A stretch of DNA of 64,000 nt from Bacteroidales bacterium (lineage in GTDB: Bacteria > Bacteroidota > Bacteroidia > Bacteroidales > VadinHA17): contig JAOZPG010000010.1 of the NCBI GenBank assembly GCA_029932855.1, forward strand, positions 33,097 to 97,096, in the 5' to 3' direction. A program made the position numbers and the translations under genes. The notes below the pieces were generated by a model. It saw only the letters and a list, made by a program, of their open reading frames with translations, was not told the origin of the DNA and made no database searches. Below, piece by piece: positions 9,921-20,283 of this stretch. Position 1 is the stretch's first letter. Every line of letters starts with the position of its first letter.

Positions 9921-10613
9921 ATGACAAAGTATAAACACATTTTTTTTGATATTGATAATACCCTCTGGGACTTTAAAGCTAATTCCGACCTGACACAGCA
10001 TGAAATGTACAAGCAGTTCGGGCTTGATGAGTTTTTTTCAGGTGCTGAGGAATTTATAAGTATTTATCATGAATATAATGATGAGCTATGGGAAGATTAT
10101 CGTAAAGGAAGAATTGAAAAGAGTAAGCTTAAATGGTACAGATTTTATTTAAGCCTTAAGGAGAAGTTCGTCGAGAATGAAAGGCTTGCCAGGGAGCTTG
10201 ATGATTTTTATCTGACTGAGAGTCCAAAAAAGACAGGATTGATACCGGGAGCTATTGATCTGCTTGAAGAATTAAAAAAGCGTTATTCTCTGCATGTTAT
10301 TACAAATGGTTTTAATGAAGTTCAGTATACTAAGCTTGATAACAGTAACTTAAGAGTTTATTTCAAGACTGTTGTAACTTCTGAGGATGCCGGTATAATG
10401 AAGCCGGATCCGGCTATCTTTGAGTTTGCTCTTGAAAAAGCAGGTGCAAAGAAGGAAGAAAGCATAATGGTTGGTGATGTTCTGGGGGTTGATATCCTGG
10501 GAGCCAGGAATGCAGGTATTGACCAGATTTACCTGGCACCAAATGGGCACAGGCATAATGAGGAGATAAGTTTTCAGGTCAGCAGGCTGGAAGAAATTCT
10601 GGAAATCCTTTAA
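9921..10613 (+). CDS. YjjG-family HAD pyrimidine nucleotidase
   Basis: FFDIDNTLWDF, ITNGF.EVQ, KPDP.IF, MVGD...DI.GA.NAG. Confidence 0.9.
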   Translation: MTKYKHIFFDIDNTLWDFKANSDLTQHEMYKQFGLDEFFSGAEEFISIYHEYNDELWEDYRKGRIEKSKLKWYRFYLSLKEKFVENERLARELDDFYLTESPKKTGLIPGAIDLLEELKKRYSLHVITNGFNEVQYTKLDNSNLRVYFKTVVTSEDAGIMKPDPAIFEFALEKAGAKKEESIMVGDVLGVDILGARNAGIDQIYLAPNGHRHNEEISFQVSRLEEILEIL

Positions 10614-12134
10614 CTAAAAAGGTTCATCCTCGCTCAGGCCGTCATTCTCAAAACTGTTTCCTCCACCTTTCAGGTCATCATTCATTTTCGATCCGTATGA
10701 TATCGATGATATGCCCTTTTCATTGTCAAGCCCTGCAATATCCATTTCATCGGGTTCTACAAACTTGGCCATTTCTTCTCTGAACCTGAGGGTTACGTCA
10801 TCTATGGGTCCATTACGGTGCTTGGCTACAATTATCTCGGCCAGTCCCTTGTTTGAGTTGCCATCCTCATCTGTGAGGAAACCATATTTCTCGGGACGGT
10901 GAATAAATAATACCAGGTCGGCATCCTGCTCTATGGCACCCGATTCCCTAAGGTCGGAAAGTTGTGGTCGCTTGGAGCCTGTACGTGTTTCAACCGATCT
11001 GTTTAGCTGGGAAAGTGCAATGATAGGTATCTCCAGCTCTTTGGCAATCGCTTTAAGCGACCTGGAGATACTGCTTACTTCCTGTTCCCTGCTTCCACGG
11101 TTATCTGCCGAGCTTGTCATTAGCTGAAGGTAGTCAACAACTATAATCTCAACATGGAACTGTAGTTTCAGCCTTCTTGCCTTGGCCCTGAACTCAAAAA
11201 GTGATATTGCAGGCGTATCATCAATGAATATGGGAGCATCAACAAGGGTTTTTATATTGGATTCAAGTTGCTTCCATTCATGGTCGTCGAGTTTACCGTT
11301 ACGAATCCTGTGTGATGGGAGCTCAGTCTCACTTACAATAAGCCTTGTTACCAGTTGAATGGATGACATCTCGAGTGAAAAGAACCCGATAGGTCTTCCA
11401 TGATCAACAGCAATATTCTTAGCCATAGAAAGAGCGAATGCTGTTTTTCCCATAGATGGCCTGGCTGCCAGAATTATAAGGTCCGACTTTTGCCATCCAG
11501 AAGTGATACGGTCAAGCTTGGTAAAGCCCGAAGGTACGCCTATAAGACTGCCTTCGGTCTTGCCGGCTTCCTCGATTTGCAGAATGGCTTCTTTTATAAG
11601 AACATTTATTCTTGCTGTTTCTCTTTTTATATTTCCTTCAGCTATCTGGAAGAGTTCCTGTTCGGAGAAATCCAGCAGGTCGTCAACATCAATGCTTTCG
11701 TCAAAGGCCCTGGTCTGTATCTCGGAAGAAACGCGTATCAGTTCACGTTGTATATGTTTCTGTGCAACTATTCGGGCATGGTATTCAATATTAGCTGCCG
11801 ATGCCACCCTGTTTGTGAGTTTGGAAATATATATTGATCCTCCAACTTCTTTCAAAAGGCTTTTTTTCCTAAGCTCCTCGGTAACAGTAAGTATGTCTAT
11901 AGGCCTCTCGGCGTCTGAGAGAGCCAGTATGGCCTGAAAAATTTTCTTATTTGCCTCATTATAAAAACTATCTGCTTTAAGGATGTCTATTACTGATATA
12001 AGAGCATCTTTTTCAAGCATAATGCCACCCAGTACGGCTTCTTCAAGCTCCATAGCCTGTGGGGGAAGTTTGCCAAGTTCGAGGCTTGCCGTGCTGAGTG
12101 AAGAGCTGCTTCTTACTTTTTCTTTAAGAGCCAT
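10614..12134 (-). CDS. dnaB: Replicative DNA helicase
   Basis: PPQA.ELEEAVLG, AARPSMGKT, FSLEMS, VDYLQLM, LSQLNR, DLRESGAIEQDAD. No intein. Confidence 0.98.
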   Translation of the reverse strand: MALKEKVRSSSSLSTASLELGKLPPQAMELEEAVLGGIMLEKDALISVIDILKADSFYNEANKKIFQAILALSDAERPIDILTVTEELRKKSLLKEVGGSIYISKLTNRVASAANIEYHARIVAQKHIQRELIRVSSEIQTRAFDESIDVDDLLDFSEQELFQIAEGNIKRETARINVLIKEAILQIEEAGKTEGSLIGVPSGFTKLDRITSGWQKSDLIILAARPSMGKTAFALSMAKNIAVDHGRPIGFFSLEMSSIQLVTRLIVSETELPSHRIRNGKLDDHEWKQLESNIKTLVDAPIFIDDTPAISLFEFRAKARRLKLQFHVEIIVVDYLQLMTSSADNRGSREQEVSSISRSLKAIAKELEIPIIALSQLNRSVETRTGSKRPQLSDLRESGAIEQDADLVLFIHRPEKYGFLTDEDGNSNKGLAEIIVAKHRNGPIDDVTLRFREEMAKFVEPDEMDIAGLDNEKGISSISYGSKMNDDLKGGGNSFENDGLSEDEPF

Positions 12135-12307
12135 AAGGATAGGTGTATTATTAGTTTTTCGCTGTCAAAAATAAGAAATTGAAAAAGACAGCCTCTTATA
12201 TTTGCCTGTTTCTTTTAAACAAAAAGCTGTTTAAAAATAAAGGGAATTGTTAATAAAAAGATACATTTGTGATAAAGGCTGTAGCTGTAGCTTTACAGAG
12301 TAGAATT

Positions 12308-13141
12308 ATGATTTGTTATCCCAATGCAAAAATAAATCTTGGTCTTAATATTGTTGAAAGAAGGCCTGATGGATTTCATAATATTGAAAGTGTTTTCCTT
12401 CCAACAGCTTTCACAGATATTCTTGAGCTTTTGCCTGATCCCGGGGCTAAACCGGGAGATTATTTGTTTTTTGAGTCGGGAATAAAGATTAATGGTCATG
12501 CCGATGATAATCTTGTTGTAAAGGCATATAAACAAATGGCTGAAGATTACGACCTGCCGGCGGTGAAGATAGCCCTTCACAAGCAGATACCCTGGGGGGC
12601 AGGACTGGGGGGTGGTTCGGCAGACGGGGCCTTTATGCTTATGGCATTGAACAGTCTTTTTAAGCTTAATCTATCTGTCGGTCAATTGGGTGTTTATGCT
12701 GCCAGGCTTGGAAGCGACTGTCCTTTCTTCCTTGAGAACAGGATTTCTTTTGTTACAGGCAGGGGAGAGATAATTAGAAAACTTGATATTGATACCGGGA
12801 ATTTTTTTTTGATAATTGTAACGGCTAATGTAAAGATTAATACTGCCATGGCTTATTCCGGGATAAGGCCGGTCAGACCTGTCTTAAGTTTGCCTGAATC
12901 ACTGAAGGAAGGCAGGAAGGCCTGGAAGAAACTTATTAGCAATGATTTTGAGAAAGAAGTATTTGGTCGCTATCCCAGGCTGGGACAAATAAAAGAAGAA
13001 TTATACAACATGGGTGCATTCTACAGCTCCATGTCGGGAAGCGGATCGGCTGTTTATGGATTATTTGAAAATGAGCCCGATCTGAAAGGCCGGTTTGCTA
13101 ATGAATTAAAATGGAGCGGATGGTATGGTGGCATCACCTGA
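12308..13141 (+). CDS. ispE: 4-diphosphocytidyl-2-C-methyl-D-erythritol kinase
   Basis: PNAKINLGL, KQIP.GAGLGGGSAD, LGSDCPFF, NDFE, MSGSGS. Start at ATG 12308 preferred over GTG 12269. Confidence 0.95.
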   Translation: MICYPNAKINLGLNIVERRPDGFHNIESVFLPTAFTDILELLPDPGAKPGDYLFFESGIKINGHADDNLVVKAYKQMAEDYDLPAVKIALHKQIPWGAGLGGGSADGAFMLMALNSLFKLNLSVGQLGVYAARLGSDCPFFLENRISFVTGRGEIIRKLDIDTGNFFLIIVTANVKINTAMAYSGIRPVRPVLSLPESLKEGRKAWKKLISNDFEKEVFGRYPRLGQIKEELYNMGAFYSSMSGSGSAVYGLFENEPDLKGRFANELKWSGWYGGIT

Positions 13142-13152
13142 TCAAGATACTA

Positions 13153-13500
13153 TTATTCCATTTCGAATATCAGTTTCCCCTTGGGTACCAGTTCCCCTTC
13201 TTTCACATTAACTTTCTTCACTATACCGGCCTTTGGGACATAAACCCTGTTTCTCATCTTCATGGCTTCAAAGATAAGGGCAAGCTGACCATTTTTCACC
13301 TTTTTCCCTGCACTGATCTTTACTTTAATAATAGTGCCGGGGATAAATGAAAATACCTTCTTAACATCCGGCTTTTCCCATTTTGTTCTCTGACTGAACT
13401 TGGTGGTATAATGGGTTTTGTATTTGGTTCCATCAATATTTATTGACTTTAATCTGCCTGATTTTGCTGACTCTGATGTTTCCATGGATTTATTTTTCAT
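13153..13500 (-). CDS. Biotin carboxyl carrier protein
   Basis: EAMKM biotinylation motif. Downstream of the carboxyltransferase gene. Confidence 0.9.
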   Translation of the reverse strand: MKNKSMETSESAKSGRLKSINIDGTKYKTHYTTKFSQRTKWEKPDVKKVFSFIPGTIIKVKISAGKKVKNGQLALIFEAMKMRNRVYVPKAGIVKKVNVKEGELVPKGKLIFEME

Positions 13501-13521
13501 AAATAATAGAACAGGATATTA

Positions 13522-15066
13522 TTAAAATGGAGGTATTCCATGTTTTTTATTCGGACTTGCTATTGCCTTATTGGAGGATACCTTAATAGCATGAAGAAAT
13601 AGTTTCCTCGTTTCCTCGGGTTCAATTACAGCATCTATATAACCTTTGGCTGCAGCAACATAGGGATTGGAAAATTTAGACTTGTATTCCTTTATTTTCT
13701 TTTGCCTCATCTTTTCAGGATCATCAGCTTCATTTATTTCTTTCCTGAAAATAATATTAGCTGCACCTTCGGGACCCATCACAGCTATCTCGGCGCCGGG
13801 CCATGAAAAGACAAAGTCGGCCCTGAGATGCCTGGAACTCATTGCTATATAACCTCCGCCATAGGCTTTTCTTATTATCAATGTTATCTTGGGAACTGTT
13901 GCCTCGCTATATGCATACAGGAGCTTAGCCCCGTGCCTGATTACTCCGGCATGCTCCTGGTCCACACCCGGAAGATAACCAGGAAGGTCAACAAGTGTGA
14001 TGATAGGGATATTGAAAGCATCACAGTACCTGATAAAGCGGGCAGCCTTATCTGAAGAATCCACATCCAGTACTCCTGCCAGAACAAGGGGCTGGTTGCA
14101 AACGAAACCTACTGTTTTTCCACCAAGCCTTCCAAAGCCTATAACCATGTTAGCTGCCCACATTTTCTGTACTTCAAAGAAGTCTGAATCATCTACAATG
14201 CTATTGAGAACATCCCTGACATCATATGGTTGCCTGGGATCATCAGGAACTATCTGCCCGATCTTAAATTCTTTTTTTGGTGCTTTGATTTTGCAAATAT
14301 CAGACTTGTCGGTATTATTCCATGGAATAAAGGAGAGCAGCTTCTTTATCTGGTCCAGTGTCTCAACTTCACTTTCGGCAAAGAAATGTGCATTGCCCGT
14401 GATCTCGCTATGTACGCGCGCACCTCCCAGGTCTTCCATGGAGATCTCTTCACCCAGTACTGTCTTTATCACCTCGGGTCCGGTGATGAACATTTTTGAT
14501 ATTTTATCAGTTACGAAAACAAAATCGGTCAGGGCAGGAGAATATACGGCTCCGCCGGCACAGGGTCCCAGTATTACAGATATCTGAGGTATAACCCCTG
14601 AGGAAAGTGTATTCCTGAAGAATATTTCGCCATAACCTGCAAGCGAGTTAACTCCTTCCTGTATTCTTGCTCCACCCGAATCATTAATCCCGATCAGGGG
14701 CATTCTCATTTTCAGGGCATAGTCCATGATCTTGGTGATCTTCCTGCTGTGCATAAGTCCCAGTGACCCGCCTGCCACTGTAAAGTCCTGTGCAAAAATG
14801 GCAACAGGCTTTTTATGTATGGTGCCTGTACCTATAATAACACCGTCGCCATGTAATGTTTTTTTGTCCATGTTGAAGTCACGGGCTTCGTGCTCAACGA
14901 AGAGATCATATTCGCTAAAGGAGCCTTTGTCAACAAGACTGATTATTCTCTCACGGGCAGTAAGCTTACCCATGGCAATTTGTTTTTCTATTGCTTTCTC
15001 ACCACCACCGGCAAATACTTCCTTACGCCTTTTCTGCAATTCCCGGATATTTTTCTTTAATGCCAT
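13522..15066 (-). CDS. Acyl-CoA carboxylase carboxyltransferase (PccB/MmdA-like)
   Basis: GKLTARERI, DSGGARIQEG, GPCAGGAVYSPALTD, KAYGG, VMGPEGA, KKHG.PP. Confidence 0.95.
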   Translation of the reverse strand: MALKKNIRELQKRRKEVFAGGGEKAIEKQIAMGKLTARERIISLVDKGSFSEYDLFVEHEARDFNMDKKTLHGDGVIIGTGTIHKKPVAIFAQDFTVAGGSLGLMHSRKITKIMDYALKMRMPLIGINDSGGARIQEGVNSLAGYGEIFFRNTLSSGVIPQISVILGPCAGGAVYSPALTDFVFVTDKISKMFITGPEVIKTVLGEEISMEDLGGARVHSEITGNAHFFAESEVETLDQIKKLLSFIPWNNTDKSDICKIKAPKKEFKIGQIVPDDPRQPYDVRDVLNSIVDDSDFFEVQKMWAANMVIGFGRLGGKTVGFVCNQPLVLAGVLDVDSSDKAARFIRYCDAFNIPIITLVDLPGYLPGVDQEHAGVIRHGAKLLYAYSEATVPKITLIIRKAYGGGYIAMSSRHLRADFVFSWPGAEIAVMGPEGAANIIFRKEINEADDPEKMRQKKIKEYKSKFSNPYVAAAKGYIDAVIEPEETRKLFLHAIKVSSNKAIASPNKKHGIPPF

Positions 15067-15150
15067 AATTTATGCAGTTATATTAGAGATATATACTTAT
15101 TAATATAGCAGTGCAATATTACAAATTATTTATAAAAGAATATTTTATGG

Positions 15151-16254
15151 CTATTTGGGAGCATAGTAATACAGGAATCCGGCAATAATGGCAAATATTA
15201 TGTTTGGCATCCATACGGCAAGCAGTGGGTCAATGGAACCCCCAACGGCAAATTGTGAAGAAAACTGCAGAAACAATATATAGGCAAAACTAAGGGCTAT
15301 GCCGGCTCCTATATGACCACCTATGCCACCCCTGATCTTTCTTGAAGACAGGGTGACCCCTATAAGAGTTAATATGAAGGTTGAGAAAGGAAATGCCAGT
15401 CGCTTGTATTTTTCAATAAGGAAAGGAGTGATATTCTCAGAGCCCTGCAGTTTTTGCTGGTCAATAAATCCCCGGAGCTCCCTGATATTCATATTTTGTA
15501 CAAAGTCGTCATTTCTTGAGAATTCCTCGGGACGAAGGGTTAATGTGGTATCAATCTCCCTGCCATAGGATAGCTTCTCAGTTCCATCATTAAGGAATAT
15601 TCTTGAATAATAATTCCTGATGGTCCAGTTCTCCTTATCCTCATTCCACTTTATATAATCGGCCAGTAACTTTGATTTTAGCTCACCCTTCTCCGAGAAC
15701 TTCTCCATAGAGAATTTATATCCTATACCGGAATTGTTACTGAAACTCTCCATGTATATATACTCATTGGGATGTAGCTGGAGATGAATATTTCTCCTGT
15801 TCACAGACCGGGGTCTTTTATTTATGTAAGCATTTTCGAAATCGGTTCTTTTTTTATTGGCCGGTGGAATTATGTAATTGCCGGATACAAAGGTGAAGCC
15901 TGCAATTGTAAGGGCTGATATAAAATAGGGAAAGAGCAGCCTTCTGAATCTTAGTCCGCTGCTAAACATTGCAATTATCTCGGAGTCATAAGCCAGCTTG
16001 GATGTAAAGAATATGACTGAAATAAATGTAAACAGGGGACTGAAAAGCAGTGCGAAGTATGGTATGAAGTTAAAGTAGTATTTGAATAATACATCCCTGA
16101 AGGGAGCGTTGTTTTCAATGAAGTCATCCAGTTTTTCAGAGATGTCGAAAACTATGACTATAAGCATCAGCAAAGTAATGGCATAGAAAAAAGTACCCAG
16201 GAACTTTTTAATTATATATATATCAAGTATTATGCTTCCCTTAAATTTTCGCAC
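15151..16254 (-). CDS. LptF/LptG family LPS export permease
   Basis: LDIYIIKKFLGTF, SEIIAM.SSG, six-TM layout, AVWMPN. Downstream of tgt as is usual in Bacteroidota. Confidence 0.92.
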   Translation of the reverse strand: MRKFKGSIILDIYIIKKFLGTFFYAITLLMLIVIVFDISEKLDDFIENNAPFRDVLFKYYFNFIPYFALLFSPLFTFISVIFFTSKLAYDSEIIAMFSSGLRFRRLLFPYFISALTIAGFTFVSGNYIIPPANKKRTDFENAYINKRPRSVNRRNIHLQLHPNEYIYMESFSNNSGIGYKFSMEKFSEKGELKSKLLADYIKWNEDKENWTIRNYYSRIFLNDGTEKLSYGREIDTTLTLRPEEFSRNDDFVQNMNIRELRGFIDQQKLQGSENITPFLIEKYKRLAFPFSTFILTLIGVTLSSRKIRGGIGGHIGAGIALSFAYILFLQFSSQFAVGGSIDPLLAVWMPNIIFAIIAGFLYYYAPK

Positions 16255-16271
16255 GTCTTTTTTTCCTTATA

Positions 16272-17396
16272 TCATAACCTGGTTTTGAGCTTTGGCAGCA
16301 TTTGATTTTTCCATCCGGCAAAACTGTTATCTTTTATTTTTTTTCTTGCTTCGGTCATCAGCCATTTATAAAATTCAAGGTTATGCAGGCTTGCTATCCT
16401 GGCACCCAGCATTTCTTTGGCATATATAAGATGACGCAGGTAGGCTTTTGAATATTGTTTGCCTGCGTCTGTAAAATTATCAATGGGTGAAAAGTCATCC
16501 TTCCATTTTTCATTCCTGATATTTATTATGCCCTCTGCTGTGAAAAGCATCCCGTTTCTTCCGTTCCTGGTAGGCATAACACAGTCGAACATGTCAATGC
16601 CCAGGGCAATGTTCTCAAGAATATTTACCGGTGTGCCAACGCCCATAAGGTACCTGGGTTTATCTTTTGGCAGTATTGCGGTCACTGTCTCACACATTTC
16701 ATACATCACTTCTTCAGGCTCACCAACAGAAAGTCCCCCTATGGCATTTCCTTCCTGTTGCATTGAGCTGATAAACTCTGCAGACTGCCGCCTGAGGCTG
16801 GTATATATACTGCCCTGAACAATGGGGAAGAAGCTCTGACTATGACTGTATTTCGGACTGCCAGCATTGAAATGTTTTACACCCCTTTCCAGCCACCTGT
16901 GTGTTAGCCCCATAGATTTATTTGCATAATCATATTCACAGGGGTATGGTGTGCATTCGTCGAGGGCCATGATAATATCAGAGCCTATGGCTCTCTGAAT
17001 GTCCACAACTGATTCGGGAGTGAACAGGTGCTTTGAACCGTCTATATGAGAGCGAAAGGCATATCCTTCTTCCGTTAATTTACGATTGGCGGCAAGTGAA
17101 AACACCTGGTATCCCCCGCTATCTGTCAGAATTGGCCTGTCCCAGGCCATAAATTTATGTAAGCCACCCGCCTTTTCAAGTATGCCGGTTCCGGGTCTCA
17201 GGTAAAGGTGATAAGAATTTCCCAGTATTATTTCTGCGTCAATCTCCTTTTCCAGCTCATTTTGTGAAATGCCTTTAACGCTTCCCACAGTTCCAACAGG
17301 CATAAATACCGGTGTCTGAATTTCTCCATGATCAGTTATCAGCCTGCCTGCCCTGGCTGAAGATCCGCTGTCGCTATGAGATATGATGAACTTCAT
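16272..17396 (-). CDS. tgt: tRNA-guanine(34) transglycosylase
   Basis: TPVFMPVGT, TDSGGYQVFSL, IGGLSVGE, PRYLMGVG, DMFDCV.PTRNGRNG. Confidence 0.98.
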   Translation of the reverse strand: MKFIISHSDSGSSARAGRLITDHGEIQTPVFMPVGTVGSVKGISQNELEKEIDAEIILGNSYHLYLRPGTGILEKAGGLHKFMAWDRPILTDSGGYQVFSLAANRKLTEEGYAFRSHIDGSKHLFTPESVVDIQRAIGSDIIMALDECTPYPCEYDYANKSMGLTHRWLERGVKHFNAGSPKYSHSQSFFPIVQGSIYTSLRRQSAEFISSMQQEGNAIGGLSVGEPEEVMYEMCETVTAILPKDKPRYLMGVGTPVNILENIALGIDMFDCVMPTRNGRNGMLFTAEGIINIRNEKWKDDFSPIDNFTDAGKQYSKAYLRHLIYAKEMLGARIASLHNLEFYKWLMTEARKKIKDNSFAGWKNQMLPKLKTRL

Positions 17397-17566
17397 TGTG
17401 ACAAAGATAGGGAATAGTTCGGTTCTTAATATGAGTTTTATTTTTGCATCATCTTTTTAAAAATAATAGTTTACTGGGAAAAGATTAAGGGATAGCCTGG
17501 TTTTATGGCAACTGTCAATTTGGATTAACAAAAAAATTGTAATAAAATTACTGCATAATCAATAAC

Positions 17567-18706
17567 ATGATCCAAAAGTTGTTTTACAATCCTGCCCTTA
17601 GCGATATACTGCTTATCCTGTTTTTGCTAAGTATGGCCATACAGCTTTTCTACTATCTTTTTTTCTATGCAAGGATGGCCTTTGGCAGGGTCAAAGCTAA
17701 AAAGGCTGCCAGGCAGCCCGTTTCTGTTGTTATCTGTGCCAGGAATGAAGAAGATATGCTTAAGAAAAACCTGTCTTTGATAATGGAACAGGATTATGAT
17801 GATTTTGAAGTAATTGTTGTGGATGATTGCTCTGAAGATGCAACAGCAGAGGTGCTGGAGCAATTCAGCAAAAAGTATCCTAAGCTGAAGGTGACCACAA
17901 TAAAAAAGGATGAAAAGTTCAGTCATGGGAAGAAACTGGCCCTTACAATAGGAATAAAAGCTGCCAGCAATGAATGGCTGCTGCTTACAGATGCCGATTG
18001 TGCCCCGGGGAGCAACAGGTGGATAAGCGGTATGCAAAAGAACTTTAGTTCAAAAACATCTGTAGTTCTGGCTTATGGTCCATACAAGCAGGAAAAAGGA
18101 TTACTGAACAGCTATATAAGGTTAGATACTTTCTTTATAGGATTACAATACATGAGTTTTGCCATTGCAGGTATTCCCTATATGGGTGTAGGCAGGAACC
18201 TCGCTTACAGGAAATCGCTCTTTTTTGATAACAAGGGATTTGCCTCACACAGGAAACTGGCTTCAGGAGATGATGATCTTTTTATTAATGAGGTTGCCCA
18301 TGGCCGCAATACAAAAGTGGAATATTCTCCCTGTACATTTACATATTCAGAGGCAAAGAAAAACCTAGGGGAATGGATGATGCAGAAAAAGAGGCATTTA
18401 AGCACAGGGACTCATTATTCTGCTTTAACGAAATGGTTACTTGCAGGAGAGATTATTTCCAGGCTCTTGTTTTATGCCCTGTTTGTAATACTCCTGGCTG
18501 GCACGGAGCAGTATCATTATTATCTGCTGGCTGCTTTTACCTTAAGGCTGTTGGTAATGCTTAGTGTTTTCAAATCAGCCATGAACCGTTTGAATGAAAC
18601 AAATTTATTTGTACTTTCGTTTTTTTATGATCTGGTTTCGCCCTTTATTAATTCTGTATTGTATATCGCTAACATTTTTAACTCCCGAGTATCTTCATGG
18701 AAGTAA
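17567..18706 (+). CDS. GT2 family membrane glycosyltransferase
   Basis: SVVICARNEE, VDDCSED, TDADC, SGDDD, Q(K)xRH, flanking TM helices. Confidence 0.9.
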   Translation: MIQKLFYNPALSDILLILFLLSMAIQLFYYLFFYARMAFGRVKAKKAARQPVSVVICARNEEDMLKKNLSLIMEQDYDDFEVIVVDDCSEDATAEVLEQFSKKYPKLKVTTIKKDEKFSHGKKLALTIGIKAASNEWLLLTDADCAPGSNRWISGMQKNFSSKTSVVLAYGPYKQEKGLLNSYIRLDTFFIGLQYMSFAIAGIPYMGVGRNLAYRKSLFFDNKGFASHRKLASGDDDLFINEVAHGRNTKVEYSPCTFTYSEAKKNLGEWMMQKKRHLSTGTHYSALTKWLLAGEIISRLLFYALFVILLAGTEQYHYYLLAAFTLRLLVMLSVFKSAMNRLNETNLFVLSFFYDLVSPFINSVLYIANIFNSRVSSWK

Positions 18707-19296
18707 ATGAAAATCTATCTGAGAAAGCCCGTTATGATTGTGTGCTGGTAGAGAGGGCTCTGGATGGAGAAGAGAAGGCCTATGCTGAATTAATGAATCG
18801 TTACAGGGATGCAATCTACTATATGCTTCTGAAGATGGTTAGCAGCAGTGTTGATGCAGAAGATCTTACAATAGAGGCTTTTGGCAAGGCCTTCAAGAAT
18901 CTTAATCAATATACACCCAAATTTGCTTTTAGTACATGGCTGTTTAAGATAGCAAGTAATAACTGCATTGATTTTATACGAAAGAAAAGGGGGAATACTA
19001 TCTCTATAGATCAGGGAGATGAACCATCAGACTCATCGCCCCTGTCAATACAGTCTGGTACTCTTGATCCCGAGGAAAACCTGATTAAGAAACAGAAGCA
19101 GAAACTCCTCAGGGATATTGTAACACAGCTTAAGCCCAGGTATCGCAGATTGATAGAGTTAAGATATTTTAAGGAGTATTCGTACGAGGAAATTGCCATT
19201 GAGCTTGACCTGCCCCTGGGTACGGTTAAGGCCCAGCTATTCAGGGCCAGGGAACTTCTTTATAATATTTTAAACAAAACCGGATCGGGTGTGTGA
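18697..19296 (+). CDS. ECF sigma-70 factor (RpoE/SigW-like)
   Basis: DAEDLT.EAF.KAF, FSTWLFKIA.N, SYEEIA..L..P.GTVKA.LFRAR. Confidence 0.95.
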   Translation: MEVNENLSEKARYDCVLVERALDGEEKAYAELMNRYRDAIYYMLLKMVSSSVDAEDLTIEAFGKAFKNLNQYTPKFAFSTWLFKIASNNCIDFIRKKRGNTISIDQGDEPSDSSPLSIQSGTLDPEENLIKKQKQKLLRDIVTQLKPRYRRLIELRYFKEYSYEEIAIELDLPLGTVKAQLFRARELLYNILNKTGSGV

Positions 19297-19310
19297 CATG
19301 ATCTGTCCGT

Positions 19311-19940
19311 ATGGATATAATTAAAAAATATTTCCCACAGCTCTCCGCCAGGCAGTATGAGCAATTCATGCAAATGGGAGATATATATGGCTACTGGAAT
19401 GAAAGAATCAATCTTATATCGCGGAAAGATATAAAAAACCTCTATTTACATCATATACTGCATTCCCTGTCAATAGGTCTTTACCATCCTTTTAAGAAAA
19501 ATATGCTGGTGATGGATGTGGGTACGGGTGGAGGTTTCCCTGGTATTCCCCTGGCCGTTTTGTTTCCTGAGACAGAATTTTATCTGATCGACAGTATTGC
19601 AAAGAAGATAAAGGTGGTAAATGAAGTAGTTGTCTCCCTGGGTATTAAAAATGTAAGGGCAGAGCAGGTACGTGCCGCAGATGTGAAAGTTAAATGCAAC
19701 TATGTTGTTAGCCGGGCCGTTTCTTCCCTGCCGGTATTTTATGACTGGGTGAAGGATAAATTTGCCATCCTTCCAGGCAGGCAAAGTCATGGGCAGGAGC
19801 AGGGGATATTGTATTTAAAAGGAGGGGATATCAATGAGGAGCTTATATCTGTCCCGGGAAGAGCCAGGGAGGTTTTATTGTCAGAATATTTTGAGGAGGA
19901 TTTTTTTGAGACAAAAAAAATCGTGTTTATTCCTGTTTAA
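19311..19940 (+). CDS. rsmG: 16S rRNA (guanine527-N7)-methyltransferase
   Basis: WNERINLISRKD, HILHSL, DVGTGGGFPGIPLA, SRAV, LKG. Confidence 0.96.
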   Translation: MDIIKKYFPQLSARQYEQFMQMGDIYGYWNERINLISRKDIKNLYLHHILHSLSIGLYHPFKKNMLVMDVGTGGGFPGIPLAVLFPETEFYLIDSIAKKIKVVNEVVVSLGIKNVRAEQVRAADVKVKCNYVVSRAVSSLPVFYDWVKDKFAILPGRQSHGQEQGILYLKGGDINEELISVPGRAREVLLSEYFEEDFFETKKIVFIPV

Positions 19941-20039
19941 ATATATGTGTTTGCCGCAGTATAGATACAATCAGGGCTTTTATTATTTCCAACTATGTTT
20001 ATTTCCGATATTATTTGAGCTTTAATTTTAACTTAAGCT

Positions 20040-20069
20040 TTTGTGATAAAGAAAAAAAGATTAAATTTG
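20040..20069 (+). promoter_or_regulatory. Sigma-A promoter of rpmH (TTTG-N18-TAAATTTG)
   Basis: TTTG 20040-20043 and TAAATTTG 20062-20069. Confidence 0.6.
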
Positions 20070-20102
20070 CAAACTCAATTTTGGAATTAAGACAAGACAG
20101 CA

Positions 20103-20261
20103 ATGAAAAGAACATTTCAGCCATCAAACAGGAAGAGAAAAAACAAGCATGGATTCAGGGAAAGAATGTCCACTGCTAACGGAAGGAAAGTGCTTGCTTC
20201 AAGAAGGGCAAAAGGCAGAACAAAGCTGTCGGTGTCCGATGAGTCAAGGCCTAAGATCTAA
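20103..20261 (+). CDS. rpmH: 50S ribosomal protein bL34 (not in ORF track, 52 aa)
   Basis: Hand translation: [52 protein letters not shown]. Confidence 0.98.
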   Translation: MKRTFQPSNRKRKNKHGFRERMSTANGRKVLASRRAKGRTKLSVSDESRPKI

Positions 20262-20283
20262 TTTAAGGGATATTTTAAAATAG

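Noticed and set aside
19941-20102. oriC near rsmG/rpmH
   Set aside because: AT-rich, but there is no cluster of DnaA boxes and no dnaA nearby. The region is explained by the rpmH promoter.
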